Part shown: positions 10,929 to 21,379 of the stretch, in pieces
Numbering within the stretch: position 1 is the stretch's first letter
Layout of the letters: each line of letters begins with the position of its first letter
From: Gemmatimonadota bacterium
GTDB taxonomy: Bacteria; JBHIER01; G020348925
Reading direction: 5' to 3'
NCBI GenBank assembly: GCA_020348925.1
Contig: CP070758.1
Span: 1,196,469-1,260,468, forward strand
Length of the DNA stretch: 64,000 nt
The notes under the pieces: model-generated
Seen by the model: the letters and a program-made list of their open reading frames with translations, nothing else
Database searches by the model: none
What the model was told of the DNA's origin: nothing
Translations under genes and position numbers: made by a program

Positions 10929-13679
10929 ATGATGACCCGAAATATCATTTTGCAGAAAAATTGGGAATATTTGCTTCGATTGATTCCGTTCGTTTTATTT
11001 GCCCTCCTATATTCCATGCTCTCGACCGCCCACACCCAGCCATTGGACGCGAGGAATATACAGGTCACTTTTGATCCCTCTCATAAAAAACTGACGACGT
11101 ACAAGGAGTATTTGGAGAGATCCTCCCCCCCGACTCCGTTTCGTGTGGACAAACTCTACGAGACGCTGAAAGAAGGAAAAATGAGCCGCAGTCAACAGAC
11201 CGGTAAAGTGTTGGTACTTATCAATTCCTCTATCCAATCAGGTATTCAAACATCGGTAGATCTATACGTCATGGATTTGGAAAATGTTGGTTATGAAGTC
11301 ACCGTGTGGGCGACCTCGGGCGGAAATCACAATAGTATTAAGAACCACATCGTGTCAGAGTCTGCAAATCTCGTCGGCGTCGTTTTGATCGGTGATCTCC
11401 CCGTCCCGTGGTTTGAAATGTATTACGATTTCTACATTGATGATGATAGGGATGGAGAAAAAGATGAAGATCCGATTGACGGGACGGATAACGATGGAGA
11501 CGGACAAATCGATGAAGATCCTCCCTACGATAATGACGGAGATGGCCAATTTAACGAGGATCATATCGACGGGATCGACAACGACGGCGATGGTCTGTTT
11601 GACGAGGACACCTATGATGGGAGTTATTCGGAGTTTCCCTGTGACCTCTTTTACATGGATTTGGATGGGACGTGGGACGATAAGGATGCGGATGGTCTTT
11701 TAGATGGCCATCGCGATAATTCGGGCGACATTGAGCCGGAGATATGGGTGGGCCGACTTACTGCCTCGCCGATGACATTGGGAGGAGCGAATGAGGTCAC
11801 CCTCTTGAACAACTATTTTCGGAAAAACCACGATTACAGAATAGGTATATTGAAGACCAACGAAAGGGCTTTGGTTTACGTGGATGATTCTTGGGCGGGA
11901 AGGGCAGACATTTATAACGAGAATTTGCAGTTGGTTTATCCAACAACTGTGCTGGTCAAAGACGAAGTCCAGACCTCAGGGACCGACTACGTTAACCGAC
12001 TGACGGAGAATTACGAGTGGATACATATCATGGTCCACTCTTCGTGGGAAAGCCATGCCTTCAGGGTCGGAGAGGACTGGCAATGGGTGTCGAATGTCGA
12101 TATTGAAGGGATCGATCCTGTGGCTCTTTTCTACAATCTCTATGCGTGCTCGAATTGTCGTTACGTTGAGACTGATTATATGGGAGGTTGGTACATATTT
12201 GTGGAAGAACACGGTATAAATGCGGTGGGGTGTACTAAAACCGGGAGCATGCTCCATTTCGATAAGTTCTATGATTCACTGGGACAGGGAGTAAGTATAG
12301 GGGAGGCGTATCGACAATGGTTTGGATTTGCTTTTCGGATATGGTTAGACGTCGACGACCCAATTGGGATGCAAGCATGGTTTTACGGTATGACGATGCT
12401 CGGTGATCCGGCTTTGGCTCTCGATCAAATATTTTTCGACCCTGACATTTACTTATCAGCCACAAGTTATAATTATGGAGAGGTCCTATTGGGAGGATCC
12501 AGCGAGTGGGCACTTACTATCTCCAATATAGGGGCGACCGATTTAGTAATCACTCAAATCACCTCCGATCATGCCGATTTTGAGGTAACATCTCCAAACT
12601 TGCCTCAAACGCTCCCGCGTGGAGGAGATGAGGTCTTGGTGACTATTACCTTCACCCCATCGACCATAGGAACGAAAACGGGCAATCTTAGAGTCATCAG
12701 CAGCGATCCCGACGAACCTACGTCAACTGTGTCGGTGAAAGGGAAAGGCGTGGCCCCGAATATTCGCATCACCCCTGCAACATTGGACGAGACGATTGTG
12801 GAAGGTGGGGTGATAATTACAGAACTTACTATTGCCAATCGGGGCAACTTAGAGTTGACCTTTCAGCTCACCGAAGGGATAGACTGGCTCGAACTGTATC
12901 CGACTTTTGGGACGGTTGCCTCTGATGGTAACCAACCCGTTGAAGTAACCATTGATGCAACAGATCTGTTCCCTGCTGAGTACACCGGAGAGATAACTAT
13001 TGCTTGTAATGATCCTGATGAGCCTGAGTGTATTGTTCCCATATACCTGAAGGTTGAAGCGGCTCGGGTTATCGTCAGTGTGTCGACAATATGTTGCCTG
13101 CCAGGAGAGACAGCCCAACCATCCTTTGATATGGACAATTCGACGTGGCTGAGTGTGCCCATTTGTCGCCTTGAAGTGGAACTTGATTTTGACAATACCC
13201 TTTTAGAACTAAATGATATCACTCCGGGAGAACGCACCCAGCATATGGGCGTCTTTGAATGGAGCCAGCCGGATCCCCGTACGACATTAATATCGATTTA
13301 CGATGAATCGGGGAATGTGATCGAGCCCGGTTCAGGTTCTGTTGTGGAGATGTCATTTGTTGTGAGTGAGGAGGCTGCATTCGGGATTCAGGCTATGATT
13401 GCGATTTCGAACGTAATTCTGAGAGACGAAAATGAAGGCACTCCTGCTTGTGAGAGTGTGGACGGTATGATCAGCTTGGGGTTGAGGGGTGATGTGAATG
13501 TCAACGGAGGGGTGGACATTGTCGATGCACTTCTTGCGGTGAACATTATGCTCCAGATGATGATACCGACTGATTATGAAAATTGGTCTGCTGACTGCAA
13601 TGGGGATGGTGTAATCAATATTGTGGATGCACTTGGTATTGTGAATGTGGTCTTGGGAATTGGTGAATGTGCGCCGTAA
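10929..13679 (+). CDS. Secreted C25 peptidase-cohesin-dockerin protein (tandem paralog, copy 2)
   Basis: Collinear with 7425-10172 throughout; VHSS, LYACSN and MLGDP motifs; same terminal dockerin. ORF is open from 10830. Confidence 0.8.
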   Translation: MMTRNIILQKNWEYLLRLIPFVLFALLYSMLSTAHTQPLDARNIQVTFDPSHKKLTTYKEYLERSSPPTPFRVDKLYETLKEGKMSRSQQTGKVLVLINSSIQSGIQTSVDLYVMDLENVGYEVTVWATSGGNHNSIKNHIVSESANLVGVVLIGDLPVPWFEMYYDFYIDDDRDGEKDEDPIDGTDNDGDGQIDEDPPYDNDGDGQFNEDHIDGIDNDGDGLFDEDTYDGSYSEFPCDLFYMDLDGTWDDKDADGLLDGHRDNSGDIEPEIWVGRLTASPMTLGGANEVTLLNNYFRKNHDYRIGILKTNERALVYVDDSWAGRADIYNENLQLVYPTTVLVKDEVQTSGTDYVNRLTENYEWIHIMVHSSWESHAFRVGEDWQWVSNVDIEGIDPVALFYNLYACSNCRYVETDYMGGWYIFVEEHGINAVGCTKTGSMLHFDKFYDSLGQGVSIGEAYRQWFGFAFRIWLDVDDPIGMQAWFYGMTMLGDPALALDQIFFDPDIYLSATSYNYGEVLLGGSSEWALTISNIGATDLVITQITSDHADFEVTSPNLPQTLPRGGDEVLVTITFTPSTIGTKTGNLRVISSDPDEPTSTVSVKGKGVAPNIRITPATLDETIVEGGVIITELTIANRGNLELTFQLTEGIDWLELYPTFGTVASDGNQPVEVTIDATDLFPAEYTGEITIACNDPDEPECIVPIYLKVEAARVIVSVSTICCLPGETAQPSFDMDNSTWLSVPICRLEVELDFDNTLLELNDITPGERTQHMGVFEWSQPDPRTTLISIYDESGNVIEPGSGSVVEMSFVVSEEAAFGIQAMIAISNVILRDENEGTPACESVDGMISLGLRGDVNVNGGVDIVDALLAVNIMLQMMIPTDYENWSADCNGDGVINIVDALGIVNVVLGIGECAP

Positions 13680-13921
13680 TTTCTGTGATTCTCGTGAGAA
13701 GCTTGATTATTTGGCACAAATCTAAAGTGATGAATATCTTTGAAAATAATCACTTTCAAGGTAGCATTTCTATCCCAGAGGAATATGCATGTGAGTTGTG
13801 ATGCTCGTGTAAAGTTCATCTCTGGTCAGATACCCGGAGAGATCAGAAAGAGAACTGCCTCCGCCCAAGATACTCAAAGTTTCGATACCGTCCATACTTG
13901 GGCTAAGCAGTATTGAAATAT

Positions 13922-14455
13922 TTAATTCTCCTTTCGATACCACGTATTCGTCATCCAGCAGGAATAGCCCTTCCCGGAAAATCCAAGCTCAAAATTCTCG
14001 ACAAATTCATCGGCGTTCTTAATTTCCAAAGTGTATTTCGCCATTAAACCCGGGGGTGCATTTTCGCTATGCTCCGTAGTAAGAACGAGCCGGCTCCCAT
14101 CACTTGAAAGGCTGTCCAAAACATACTGGTTGACGAATCCCTCGGTATTGAACTGTCGCACGACGAGACTGTTTCTGTTTTGGTCGAAACTGAAGAAAAC
14201 CCAGTCCTCATGCACCTCACCCTCGGGATTCTTCTCCTGCGGCTCGAAGTGCATAACAGTCTTATAATGAAGATACGTTCCCTCCATAATAAACTCACAC
14301 GTTCTTTCTCCCTTGCCGTCACCGGCCTTGCCCGTGCTCTCACCTGTCCAGCTTCCGACAAAATATCTGAGGGGTTCCCAGACGTCTTTTCCACCGTTCT
14401 CCTGTGCAAAGAGAACGAGTGGAATAAACAGAATCAAGAAGACACGTTTCCGCAT
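13922..14455 (-). CDS. Secreted beta-barrel protein (nitrobindin/THAP4-like or DUF1579-like)
   Basis: Signal peptide MRKRVFLILFIPLVLFAQ; 'LRYFVGSWTG' GxW motif; EVHEDW, VRQFNTEGFVNQY. Confidence 0.55.
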   Translation of the reverse strand: MRKRVFLILFIPLVLFAQENGGKDVWEPLRYFVGSWTGESTGKAGDGKGERTCEFIMEGTYLHYKTVMHFEPQEKNPEGEVHEDWVFFSFDQNRNSLVVRQFNTEGFVNQYVLDSLSSDGSRLVLTTEHSENAPPGLMAKYTLEIKNADEFVENFELGFSGKGYSCWMTNTWYRKEN

Positions 14456-14819
14456 TTGTAAATTCTCCTTTCCCTATTCAGAACAACACACTTCATTCAC
14501 ACGGTCTTGAGACAATGTGCATTCGGGCACACTCCTTGCCACTGATTAGGACACAATAAATAATGAATTCACTTTCTCGTATCATCATGAAACTAAGATA
14601 GACACAAATGATTCCAAACACAATGATCAGTTATGATTTTCGTGAACCACACACATCTAAAGAACAGGTTGATATCTTAAAAAAAATAGATACAAAACCT
14701 GATATGGGAAAATGCATCAAAAAGAATGTTCCCCTTTACTAATTACTTCCGAAGGAAATTTCTATGCTATGAACTTATTATCATGGCTAAATATTCGACA
14801 TATTGGCGCACGAATAGTA

Positions 14820-15518
14820 TTACTTCGTGCTCCATTTCCATTGTAGCAAAAATGTTATCGTCTTCGTGATGGAAACCTGATTAGTTTTTACTCCACTCAT
14901 GAACTCCCTTATGTCGTCAACAGTATCTATATCATTCAATTCAGGTAGGAGATAGACTTCATGACATCTCTTTTCCAAAATTTGCAGAGTCTCCTTAAAA
15001 ACAGTACGGGAACCCCAGGGCATATCTTCAAAGACATCAGTTACAAAAGTATTATCGCGAAAGCCAATTAAATAGTAACCACCGTCTTTGGATGGTCCAA
15101 TGACACAATCCTTGTGGTATAGGGCATCAAGCCCAGCTCGTATGATGTCCTCCGTCATGTCCGGACAATCCGTACCTGTGAGGACGACGCGCGTCATCCC
15201 TGATTGAAACGCATCTGTGAAAGCCCGGGCCATGCGCTGGCCAAGATCACCGTTCCCCTGGGAACAGTAGGACACATCTTTTCCCAGCCATTGCTCTATG
15301 AGCTCGGCGTTTCCTCCCTCATAACGTACTTCAACATGAAGAGGGTGATCTTTTTTCGCTGCGAGAACACATGCAAGCGTGTCCTCCGTCATGTACCGCT
15401 GCAGCTCGGCAGCACCTTCTTCTCCGAGAGCAGGGATGAGGCGGGTTTTCGTCTTCCCGGGCTCCGGATACCGTGTCAAGACAATAATACGCTCTCCGAG
15501 ATCGTATTCTCTGGGCAT
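14820..15518 (-). CDS. TIGR04282/DUF2064-family glycosyltransferase (ArsS/rSAM-associated transferase)
   Basis: TRYPEPGKTKTRLIP, QGNGDLGQRM, GTDCP, IGPSKDGGYYLIG, DIDTVDD. Confidence 0.9.
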   Translation of the reverse strand: MPREYDLGERIIVLTRYPEPGKTKTRLIPALGEEGAAELQRYMTEDTLACVLAAKKDHPLHVEVRYEGGNAELIEQWLGKDVSYCSQGNGDLGQRMARAFTDAFQSGMTRVVLTGTDCPDMTEDIIRAGLDALYHKDCVIGPSKDGGYYLIGFRDNTFVTDVFEDMPWGSRTVFKETLQILEKRCHEVYLLPELNDIDTVDDIREFMSGVKTNQVSITKTITFLLQWKWSTK

Positions 15519-15520
15519 CT

Positions 15521-17041
15521 CTATTTTCTTGTCAAGTCGAACCAACGCGAGAATAAACTTTTCACAAAAGGCGTCAGTCTCGTGCGGTTGTACTCATCCC
15601 CCACCTGCTTGATCGCCTCCGCTTGCGTCGGATACGGATGGATAATATTCGCAATGGTCTTCAGGCCAACATCGCCGACAATGGCCACACTGATTTCACC
15701 AATCATCTCCCCGGCATGTCGGGCCACAATGGTCGCCCCGAGGATCTTATCAGTTCCCTTCTTGACGTGAACTTTGACAAAACCCTCCTCTTCCCCGTCG
15801 GTAATGGCCCGGTCCAAATCGCTGAAGGTTTTCTGAAAAGTTTCAATCTCGACACCCTTCTGATGAGCATCCCTCTCGTACATACCGACGTGGGCTATCT
15901 CCGGGTCCGTATAGGTACACCACGGCATGGTCAGAGCGCTGAGCTTTCGGTGTCCGGGAAACATGGCGTTGGCAATGACCAGCCGGGCGGCGGCATCCGC
16001 GGTGTGGGTGAATTTGTATTTCATGCAACAGTCACCGGCGGCGTAGATGCGGTGATTCGTGGTCTGCAGATGGTCGTTCACTTCAATGCCCTTTTTTGCA
16101 TCAAATTTGACCCCCGCTTTTTCAAGATCCATGCCCTCGACGTTGGGCGCCCGGCCAGCACCGATCAGGATCTCATCCACAGGGATAGTCTCTTCCTTCC
16201 CTTTGCAATCAAAGGTAATGACTTTTTCACCATCCTTCTCTTCGACACGCTTCAGTTTCACATTGAGGACGAGGCGAATACCCTCGCGGATGAAGGCGTT
16301 CTGCAAAATGTCGGCCGCATCACTGTCCTCTCTGGGCAGTAGATGCGGATTGCGGTCCATAATGGTGACCTGCGAGCCGAAGCGTTGAAAGGCCTGGGCC
16401 AGCTCACAACCCAGGGGGCCTCCGCCGATGACGGCCAGTCGGGACGGCCTCTCGGTCAGATTAAAGATTGTCTCGTTCGTAAAGTACCCAGCTTCCTTTA
16501 ATCCATCGACCTGAGGGTGAACGGCCCGCGCCCCTGTTGCCAGAACCGCTTTTTTGAATTTGAGTATCTTCCCATCCACGTCGATGGTATCAGTGGAAGC
16601 AAAGACCGCATCTCCGAGAAAGACATCAATGCCAGAATCCTTGAAATGGTCGACCGCATCATGGTGGCTGATCTTTGCCCGCAGACGTCGCATCCGCTCC
16701 ATGACTGCGGAAAAATCCACCTCGACTCCATCAGGGACGCGTATTCCGAATGCCCCCGAACCCCGGACGTCCGCCCAGGCCCGGGAAGAGCGGATAACGC
16801 ACTTCGAGGGAACACAACCGTAATTCAAACAGTCGCCGCCGAAGAGATGACGCTCAACAAGGGCGACTTTGGCCCCCAAGCCTGCTGCGCCGGAAGCGGC
16901 CGTGAGTCCTGCCGAACCAGCGCCGATGACCACAAGGTTATACATGTGAGCGGGTTCGGGATTCACCCAGTCCGCTGGGAAGACATTGGAGACGAGCTCC
17001 TCATTGTAGACATCCATTGGAGAAACTTTTAGGAGATTCAT
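15521..17041 (-). CDS. FAD-dependent pyridine nucleotide-disulfide oxidoreductase (MerA/LpdA-like)
   Basis: GAGSAG, GGDCLNYGCVPSK redox disulfide, GGGPLG, HPYPTQAE; no metal-binding N-domain or C-terminal CC. Start placed after GGAGG. Confidence 0.88.
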   Translation of the reverse strand: MNLLKVSPMDVYNEELVSNVFPADWVNPEPAHMYNLVVIGAGSAGLTAASGAAGLGAKVALVERHLFGGDCLNYGCVPSKCVIRSSRAWADVRGSGAFGIRVPDGVEVDFSAVMERMRRLRAKISHHDAVDHFKDSGIDVFLGDAVFASTDTIDVDGKILKFKKAVLATGARAVHPQVDGLKEAGYFTNETIFNLTERPSRLAVIGGGPLGCELAQAFQRFGSQVTIMDRNPHLLPREDSDAADILQNAFIREGIRLVLNVKLKRVEEKDGEKVITFDCKGKEETIPVDEILIGAGRAPNVEGMDLEKAGVKFDAKKGIEVNDHLQTTNHRIYAAGDCCMKYKFTHTADAAARLVIANAMFPGHRKLSALTMPWCTYTDPEIAHVGMYERDAHQKGVEIETFQKTFSDLDRAITDGEEEGFVKVHVKKGTDKILGATIVARHAGEMIGEISVAIVGDVGLKTIANIIHPYPTQAEAIKQVGDEYNRTRLTPFVKSLFSRWFDLTRK

Positions 17042-17077
17042 CTCACACGTAACCTCCATTTTAAACTCATACGATGG

Positions 17078-17167
17078 CTATTCCATTTGTTCATTGAGTG
17101 ACCAGTCATATTTTGGGTATTTGATCTCATACTCTCCCCCTGAGAATATATCTTCTGTTTTACTTTC
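17078..17167 (-). pseudogene. 3' remnant of a DUF547-like gene
   Basis: Intergenic sequence translates to 'EDIFSGGEYEIKYPKYDWSLNEQME*', resembling the IxYxxYDWxLN C-terminus of DUF547 proteins. Confidence 0.6.
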
Positions 17168-17191
17168 TCATTTTTAGAATCCGTCTTACTC

Positions 17192-18232
17192 TCATTTTTC
17201 ATCTCTCACTTGTCGGAACGGCCAGACCATGGGCACGAGAAACATAACAAGAAGCGCACACATACCGGAGATGAGGAAGCTCAGCCACAGGGGGAAATCC
17301 GCAGTCAACATGTTATGAAGCAGACGCTCAACACCGATAAAGAATCCCATGAGAACGATGACGGCTAAAAACCAGGCCTGAAAACGTATTCGCGCCCCGC
17401 ATCCGGGACATACAAATCGGCCCCATTTGTCCCACCCTACCAGTATAGCAATCGGGCTTATCTTTTGAGAACAGCCAGGACACTCTCCTCTCCTCCGTTC
17501 CTTTGACAGAAGTTCTCCCGAAGGTTCAGGAACGGTCTCACGCTTCCCCTTTGCTCCAACTCCCCTGGCGATGGCTTTATAGATTGCAGGAGCAAACATC
17601 AGAAGAATAAAAATCCCCAGGGCCAAAAAAAACTGTACAGATAGAATGTTGTCCAGAGAGCTTCCGAGCATGGCGTTTATGAATCCTCCGGGCGCCATAC
17701 CGATGAGTGATCCGAATGCATAGTCACGAAACTTCATCTTGGACAGACCGAAACCGTAATTGATGGCATCATACTGGAACAGAGGTACAAGTCTGAGAAA
17801 AAGAATCATGCGAAAGCCGTGCTTCTCCGTCCCCTCGTCAAAGGATTTTATCCGTCCCTTGTGCAGCCAACCGAAGCTCTCGATGAATCTCCGTCCCAGA
17901 TATCGTGCGAGTAAAAAAGAAATGCACGCCCCGAGGGTGGCCCCAATGAGAATATAGACCGTCCCCCACCACTTGCCGTACGCCAGTCCGCCAGCGAGAG
18001 ACATGGCCCCGACAGGGATCACGACGACGATTGCCCGGAGAGAATATATACCGATAAAGACTACAGGACCCCACACGCCAAACCGAATCAGGAAGTTCCG
18101 TAAGTTTTCCGGAGCGAAATCTGAAATGCTCAGACCCGTGTATCGAAATACCAGAACGATTGCGATGATAAAGACGAGCAGCCCACCCAGCTTCAATAGG
18201 CTTGACTTTCCTATCCTTCGGGTCCTACTCAT
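17192..18232 (-). CDS. TVP38/TMEM64 (DedA/VTT) membrane protein with C-terminal Zn-ribbon and two-TM extension
   Basis: GATLGACISFLLARYLGR, LRLVPLFQYDAINY motifs; extra CPGC...CPGC followed by two hydrophobic segments. Confidence 0.88.
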   Translation of the reverse strand: MSRTRRIGKSSLLKLGGLLVFIIAIVLVFRYTGLSISDFAPENLRNFLIRFGVWGPVVFIGIYSLRAIVVVIPVGAMSLAGGLAYGKWWGTVYILIGATLGACISFLLARYLGRRFIESFGWLHKGRIKSFDEGTEKHGFRMILFLRLVPLFQYDAINYGFGLSKMKFRDYAFGSLIGMAPGGFINAMLGSSLDNILSVQFFLALGIFILLMFAPAIYKAIARGVGAKGKRETVPEPSGELLSKERRRGECPGCSQKISPIAILVGWDKWGRFVCPGCGARIRFQAWFLAVIVLMGFFIGVERLLHNMLTADFPLWLSFLISGMCALLVMFLVPMVWPFRQVRDEK

Positions 18233-18269
18233 AGTGCCTCCCTCTTGGATCCTTCAAATCCAGAATATC

Positions 18270-18974
18270 TTAAATTCCCAGTGCGCTCTCTCTGTCTTCG
18301 TGAAAACGATAGAACCGTGCCAATCGATGCGGTGAGATCCCCAGAGCCCATCCGCTTTGAAGCATCCAGCTTCGTACGGAATTTTTCACATACCCTTCCT
18401 CGACCCACCTTCTGGCCGACGTCTGAATTTTGTGAGGTAGAATCACGATATCGCCGAACCGCTTGAGCCGGCGGCTGAAATCCATATCCTCCATGAGAGG
18501 AATCTCTGTGTATCCACCCATCTCATTAAAAACCGGCCGCCGCACGAAAACTCCCATGTCACCATACAGAAGTCCAAGCACCCTGTTCTTATAATTCGAA
18601 AGCGTCTCGGCTATTCTGTAATGAAATCCAATTTGATGTAAACAGTATTGAAAACCTCCTCCGACAATTTTCTGATTCCTCAAGACCCCTCTTATCGCTT
18701 TCAGGGAATCATGATGGGGACGGCAATCCGCATGGAGGAACCACAGTACATCCCCCGACGAAGCGTACGCCCCTGCATTCATCTGCGAACCTCGTCCTCT
18801 CGTTGCTTGAACGACTTGAGCCAAGGGCCTCGCTTTCCTTACAGTATCATCGGAACTTTCGCCGTCAGCGACGATGCGTTCAATCTTCGGATCCAGCTCC
18901 TGCAGGTATCTCAAGAGCGCCGTGATCGTGTCGGATTCATTTAGTGTGGGGATGATGATCGAAATGGAGATCAT
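18270..18974 (-). CDS. TIGR04283-family GT2 glycosyltransferase (ArsS/rSAM-associated transferase)
   Basis: ISIIIPTLNE, GRGSQMNAGA, FLHAD, YGDMG, PLMEDMDF, TSARRW. Confidence 0.9.
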   Translation of the reverse strand: MISISIIIPTLNESDTITALLRYLQELDPKIERIVADGESSDDTVRKARPLAQVVQATRGRGSQMNAGAYASSGDVLWFLHADCRPHHDSLKAIRGVLRNQKIVGGGFQYCLHQIGFHYRIAETLSNYKNRVLGLLYGDMGVFVRRPVFNEMGGYTEIPLMEDMDFSRRLKRFGDIVILPHKIQTSARRWVEEGYVKNSVRSWMLQSGWALGISPHRLARFYRFHEDRESALGI

Positions 18975-18995
18975 GCAAATATTATTAGGGTTTTC

Positions 18996-19787
18996 TCACA
19001 AACGCCTTTTTTTCGTGCGCTCTCTTCCTGAAGATCCCGCCACGTCCCCATCCAACCACCATACGGCCCCTCTCTTGGGGCGGACCATCGCTGCCGGATA
19101 CCGTTTCCTCGACGTTTTCGAATCATTCAGGATTGCCTGGACCGTTTCTCGTTTATGGGCTCCTGTGACAATAAAAAATACACTGCTCGCGTTATTGAGA
19201 ACCGGCAGGGTCATCGTAATACGCCAGCGCGGGGTAATTTCAGGAGGAGCGTAAACAGAGGTAACCAATCGCTCCTTTTCATCAAGAGCCGAATTGTCAG
19301 GAAAAAGTGAGGCCGTATGACCATCCTGCCCGATGCCAAGCAATACGAGGTCGAATCGTGGAAGGAGCTCGCCGGTACGGATTTCCTTTCGTCTGAAGCG
19401 GGGATAGAAAAATGAAAGCAGCCTGCGCTCGTAATCATCGGCGGCCTTGGCGGGTTCGATCTCACCGCGGATGCGATGGATATTATCCTTCGGAAGGGGT
19501 ACATGATCGAGAAGCGTTTCCCGGGCCATGCGATAGTTGCTGTCAGAATGATCGGGCGGAACACAGCGTTCATCGCCCCAGAAGACGTGAACGAACTGCC
19601 AGCCTATCTTCTTCACGAATTCTTCCGAAGCGAGAAGCGAATAGATCTTTCGAGGCGTCGAGCCGCCGGCAAGGGATAGAGCACATCGTCCATGGGTGGC
19701 AATCGCCTTCACTGCCAGCTTCAAGAACTGCTCCGCTACCGCGTGGGCAAGACTATCGAGATCAGGAAATATTTTAACGTTTTTCAT
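18996..19787 (-). CDS. pgl: 6-phosphogluconolactonase
   Basis: LAGGSTP, FWGDERCVPPDHSDSNY, LLGIGQDGHTASLFP, RITMT. Confidence 0.95.
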   Translation of the reverse strand: MKNVKIFPDLDSLAHAVAEQFLKLAVKAIATHGRCALSLAGGSTPRKIYSLLASEEFVKKIGWQFVHVFWGDERCVPPDHSDSNYRMARETLLDHVPLPKDNIHRIRGEIEPAKAADDYERRLLSFFYPRFRRKEIRTGELLPRFDLVLLGIGQDGHTASLFPDNSALDEKERLVTSVYAPPEITPRWRITMTLPVLNNASSVFFIVTGAHKRETVQAILNDSKTSRKRYPAAMVRPKRGAVWWLDGDVAGSSGRERTKKRRL

Positions 19788-21283
19788 ACGTCGATCCCAT
19801 GCTCCCCGTGGACGGACAACCACTTTCGGCCAGTTTTATTAAGGAGGTCTTCGGCCTCAGGGGGGCCCCAACTCCCGGGCTCGTAAATTGCCAGAGGGGG
19901 TGATTTCGAACTTTCCCAAACCTGGACAATCGGGTCTATGAGTTGCCAAGCCAGTTCGATACCGTCGCTGCGCGTGAAGAGAGATGCATCGCCCTTTATT
20001 GCATCCAGGAGCAATCGTTCATAGGCATCCGGAAGAGCATCAGCGCCAAAGGCATCCGCGTAATGAAACTCCATATCAACGGAGCGCGTCTCGGCCAGCG
20101 TATTCGGTGTTTTCACCTCGAAGCAGAGGTGCATGCCCTCATCGGGTTGAATGGACAGGGCCAGAACGTTCGGAGTTATCTCCCGGCCCGGCGGCAGCGG
20201 GAACATGAAGTGCGGCGGACGCTGGAATTGAACGATAATCTCCGACGTCTTGTTGGTCAGCATCTTGCCTGAGCGGAGGTAGAACGGGACACCCTGCCAG
20301 CGCCAGTTGTCAATGAACAATTCAAGGGCCCCGTATGTGGCGGTTTGGGAATGGGGCTCAATCTCCTCGGTCTCGCGGTAACCTCTGTACTGCCCCCGAA
20401 CAGTACACTCTAAAACATCTCCAGACGAGATGTGACGGATCGCGGAGAACATTTTCACCTTCTCATTGCGAATGGCGTCGGCGTTGAAGGAAGCCGGCGA
20501 TTCCATGGCCGTCAGGGCCATGAGCTGCAGTAAATGGTTTTGAAACATGTCCCGCAGCACACCCACCTTGTCGTAATAACCGGCCCGATGGCCGACACCC
20601 ACCGTTTCGGCCACAGTGATCTGAATATTGTCAATATATTTTCTGTTCCAAACAGGCTCAAAGATGGTATTGGCGAACCGGAAGAAGAGGATGTTTTGAG
20701 CGGTCTCCTTACCAAGATAATGATCGATTCGAAAGACCTGATGTTCCTCGAACACGGCATGAACCTGTCCGTTCAATTGACGGGCACTCTCAAAGTCATT
20801 TCCGAAGGGCTTCTCAATGATGATACGAGTCCATCCGGTTCCGCTTTTGTTCAGCTCGGCTTTTCCCAGTTGTTCTATAATTATTGGATACAGCACAGGC
20901 GGAGTTGCCAGGCAGAAGAGTCGATTTCCTCGTGTGCCCGCCTCTTCATCAAGCTGCCGCAATCGCTCTGCAAGGCGGCGATACGTTTCGGGATCGTCGT
21001 AACTGCCGGCCACATAGGTATGTCTCTCCGCCGACCGAGGCCAGAGCTCGCATGTTCCCGGTCGTCTTCGAGCATAAGCCTTCACGCCCTCGAAAAGATT
21101 ATGTCGAAAATCCTGGTCGGACAGATCCGTTCGCGCAACACCCACGATCCTGCTTTGCATGGGCAGCAATCCGTCACAGGCCAACGTATGAAGCGCCGGC
21201 ACAAGCTTCCGCTGCGTCAGATCACCCGATGCGCCGAAGATAATAATAACCGCGGGTTCAGTGGTTAAATGTGTCTGAGACAT
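19784..21283 (-). CDS. zwf: Glucose-6-phosphate 1-dehydrogenase
   Basis: FGASGDL, IEKPFG, RIDHYLGKE, RDMFQNH, RWQGVPFYLRSGK. Confidence 0.97.
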   Translation of the reverse strand: MSQTHLTTEPAVIIIFGASGDLTQRKLVPALHTLACDGLLPMQSRIVGVARTDLSDQDFRHNLFEGVKAYARRRPGTCELWPRSAERHTYVAGSYDDPETYRRLAERLRQLDEEAGTRGNRLFCLATPPVLYPIIIEQLGKAELNKSGTGWTRIIIEKPFGNDFESARQLNGQVHAVFEEHQVFRIDHYLGKETAQNILFFRFANTIFEPVWNRKYIDNIQITVAETVGVGHRAGYYDKVGVLRDMFQNHLLQLMALTAMESPASFNADAIRNEKVKMFSAIRHISSGDVLECTVRGQYRGYRETEEIEPHSQTATYGALELFIDNWRWQGVPFYLRSGKMLTNKTSEIIVQFQRPPHFMFPLPPGREITPNVLALSIQPDEGMHLCFEVKTPNTLAETRSVDMEFHYADAFGADALPDAYERLLLDAIKGDASLFTRSDGIELAWQLIDPIVQVWESSKSPPLAIYEPGSWGPPEAEDLLNKTGRKWLSVHGEHGIDV

Positions 21284-21379
21284 TTCTATTGCTCCGCATC
21301 TATTCAATAAACGAGAGTTACGTTTTTCGTAGTGCGTGTTTCGTACCCCATGTTTCGTGGCATGTCATGTGTCCCAGCA

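Noticed and set aside
15521-17041. merA or lpdA gene symbol
   Set aside because: No C-terminal Cys-Cys, metal-binding domain or mer operon, and no 2-oxoacid dehydrogenase context
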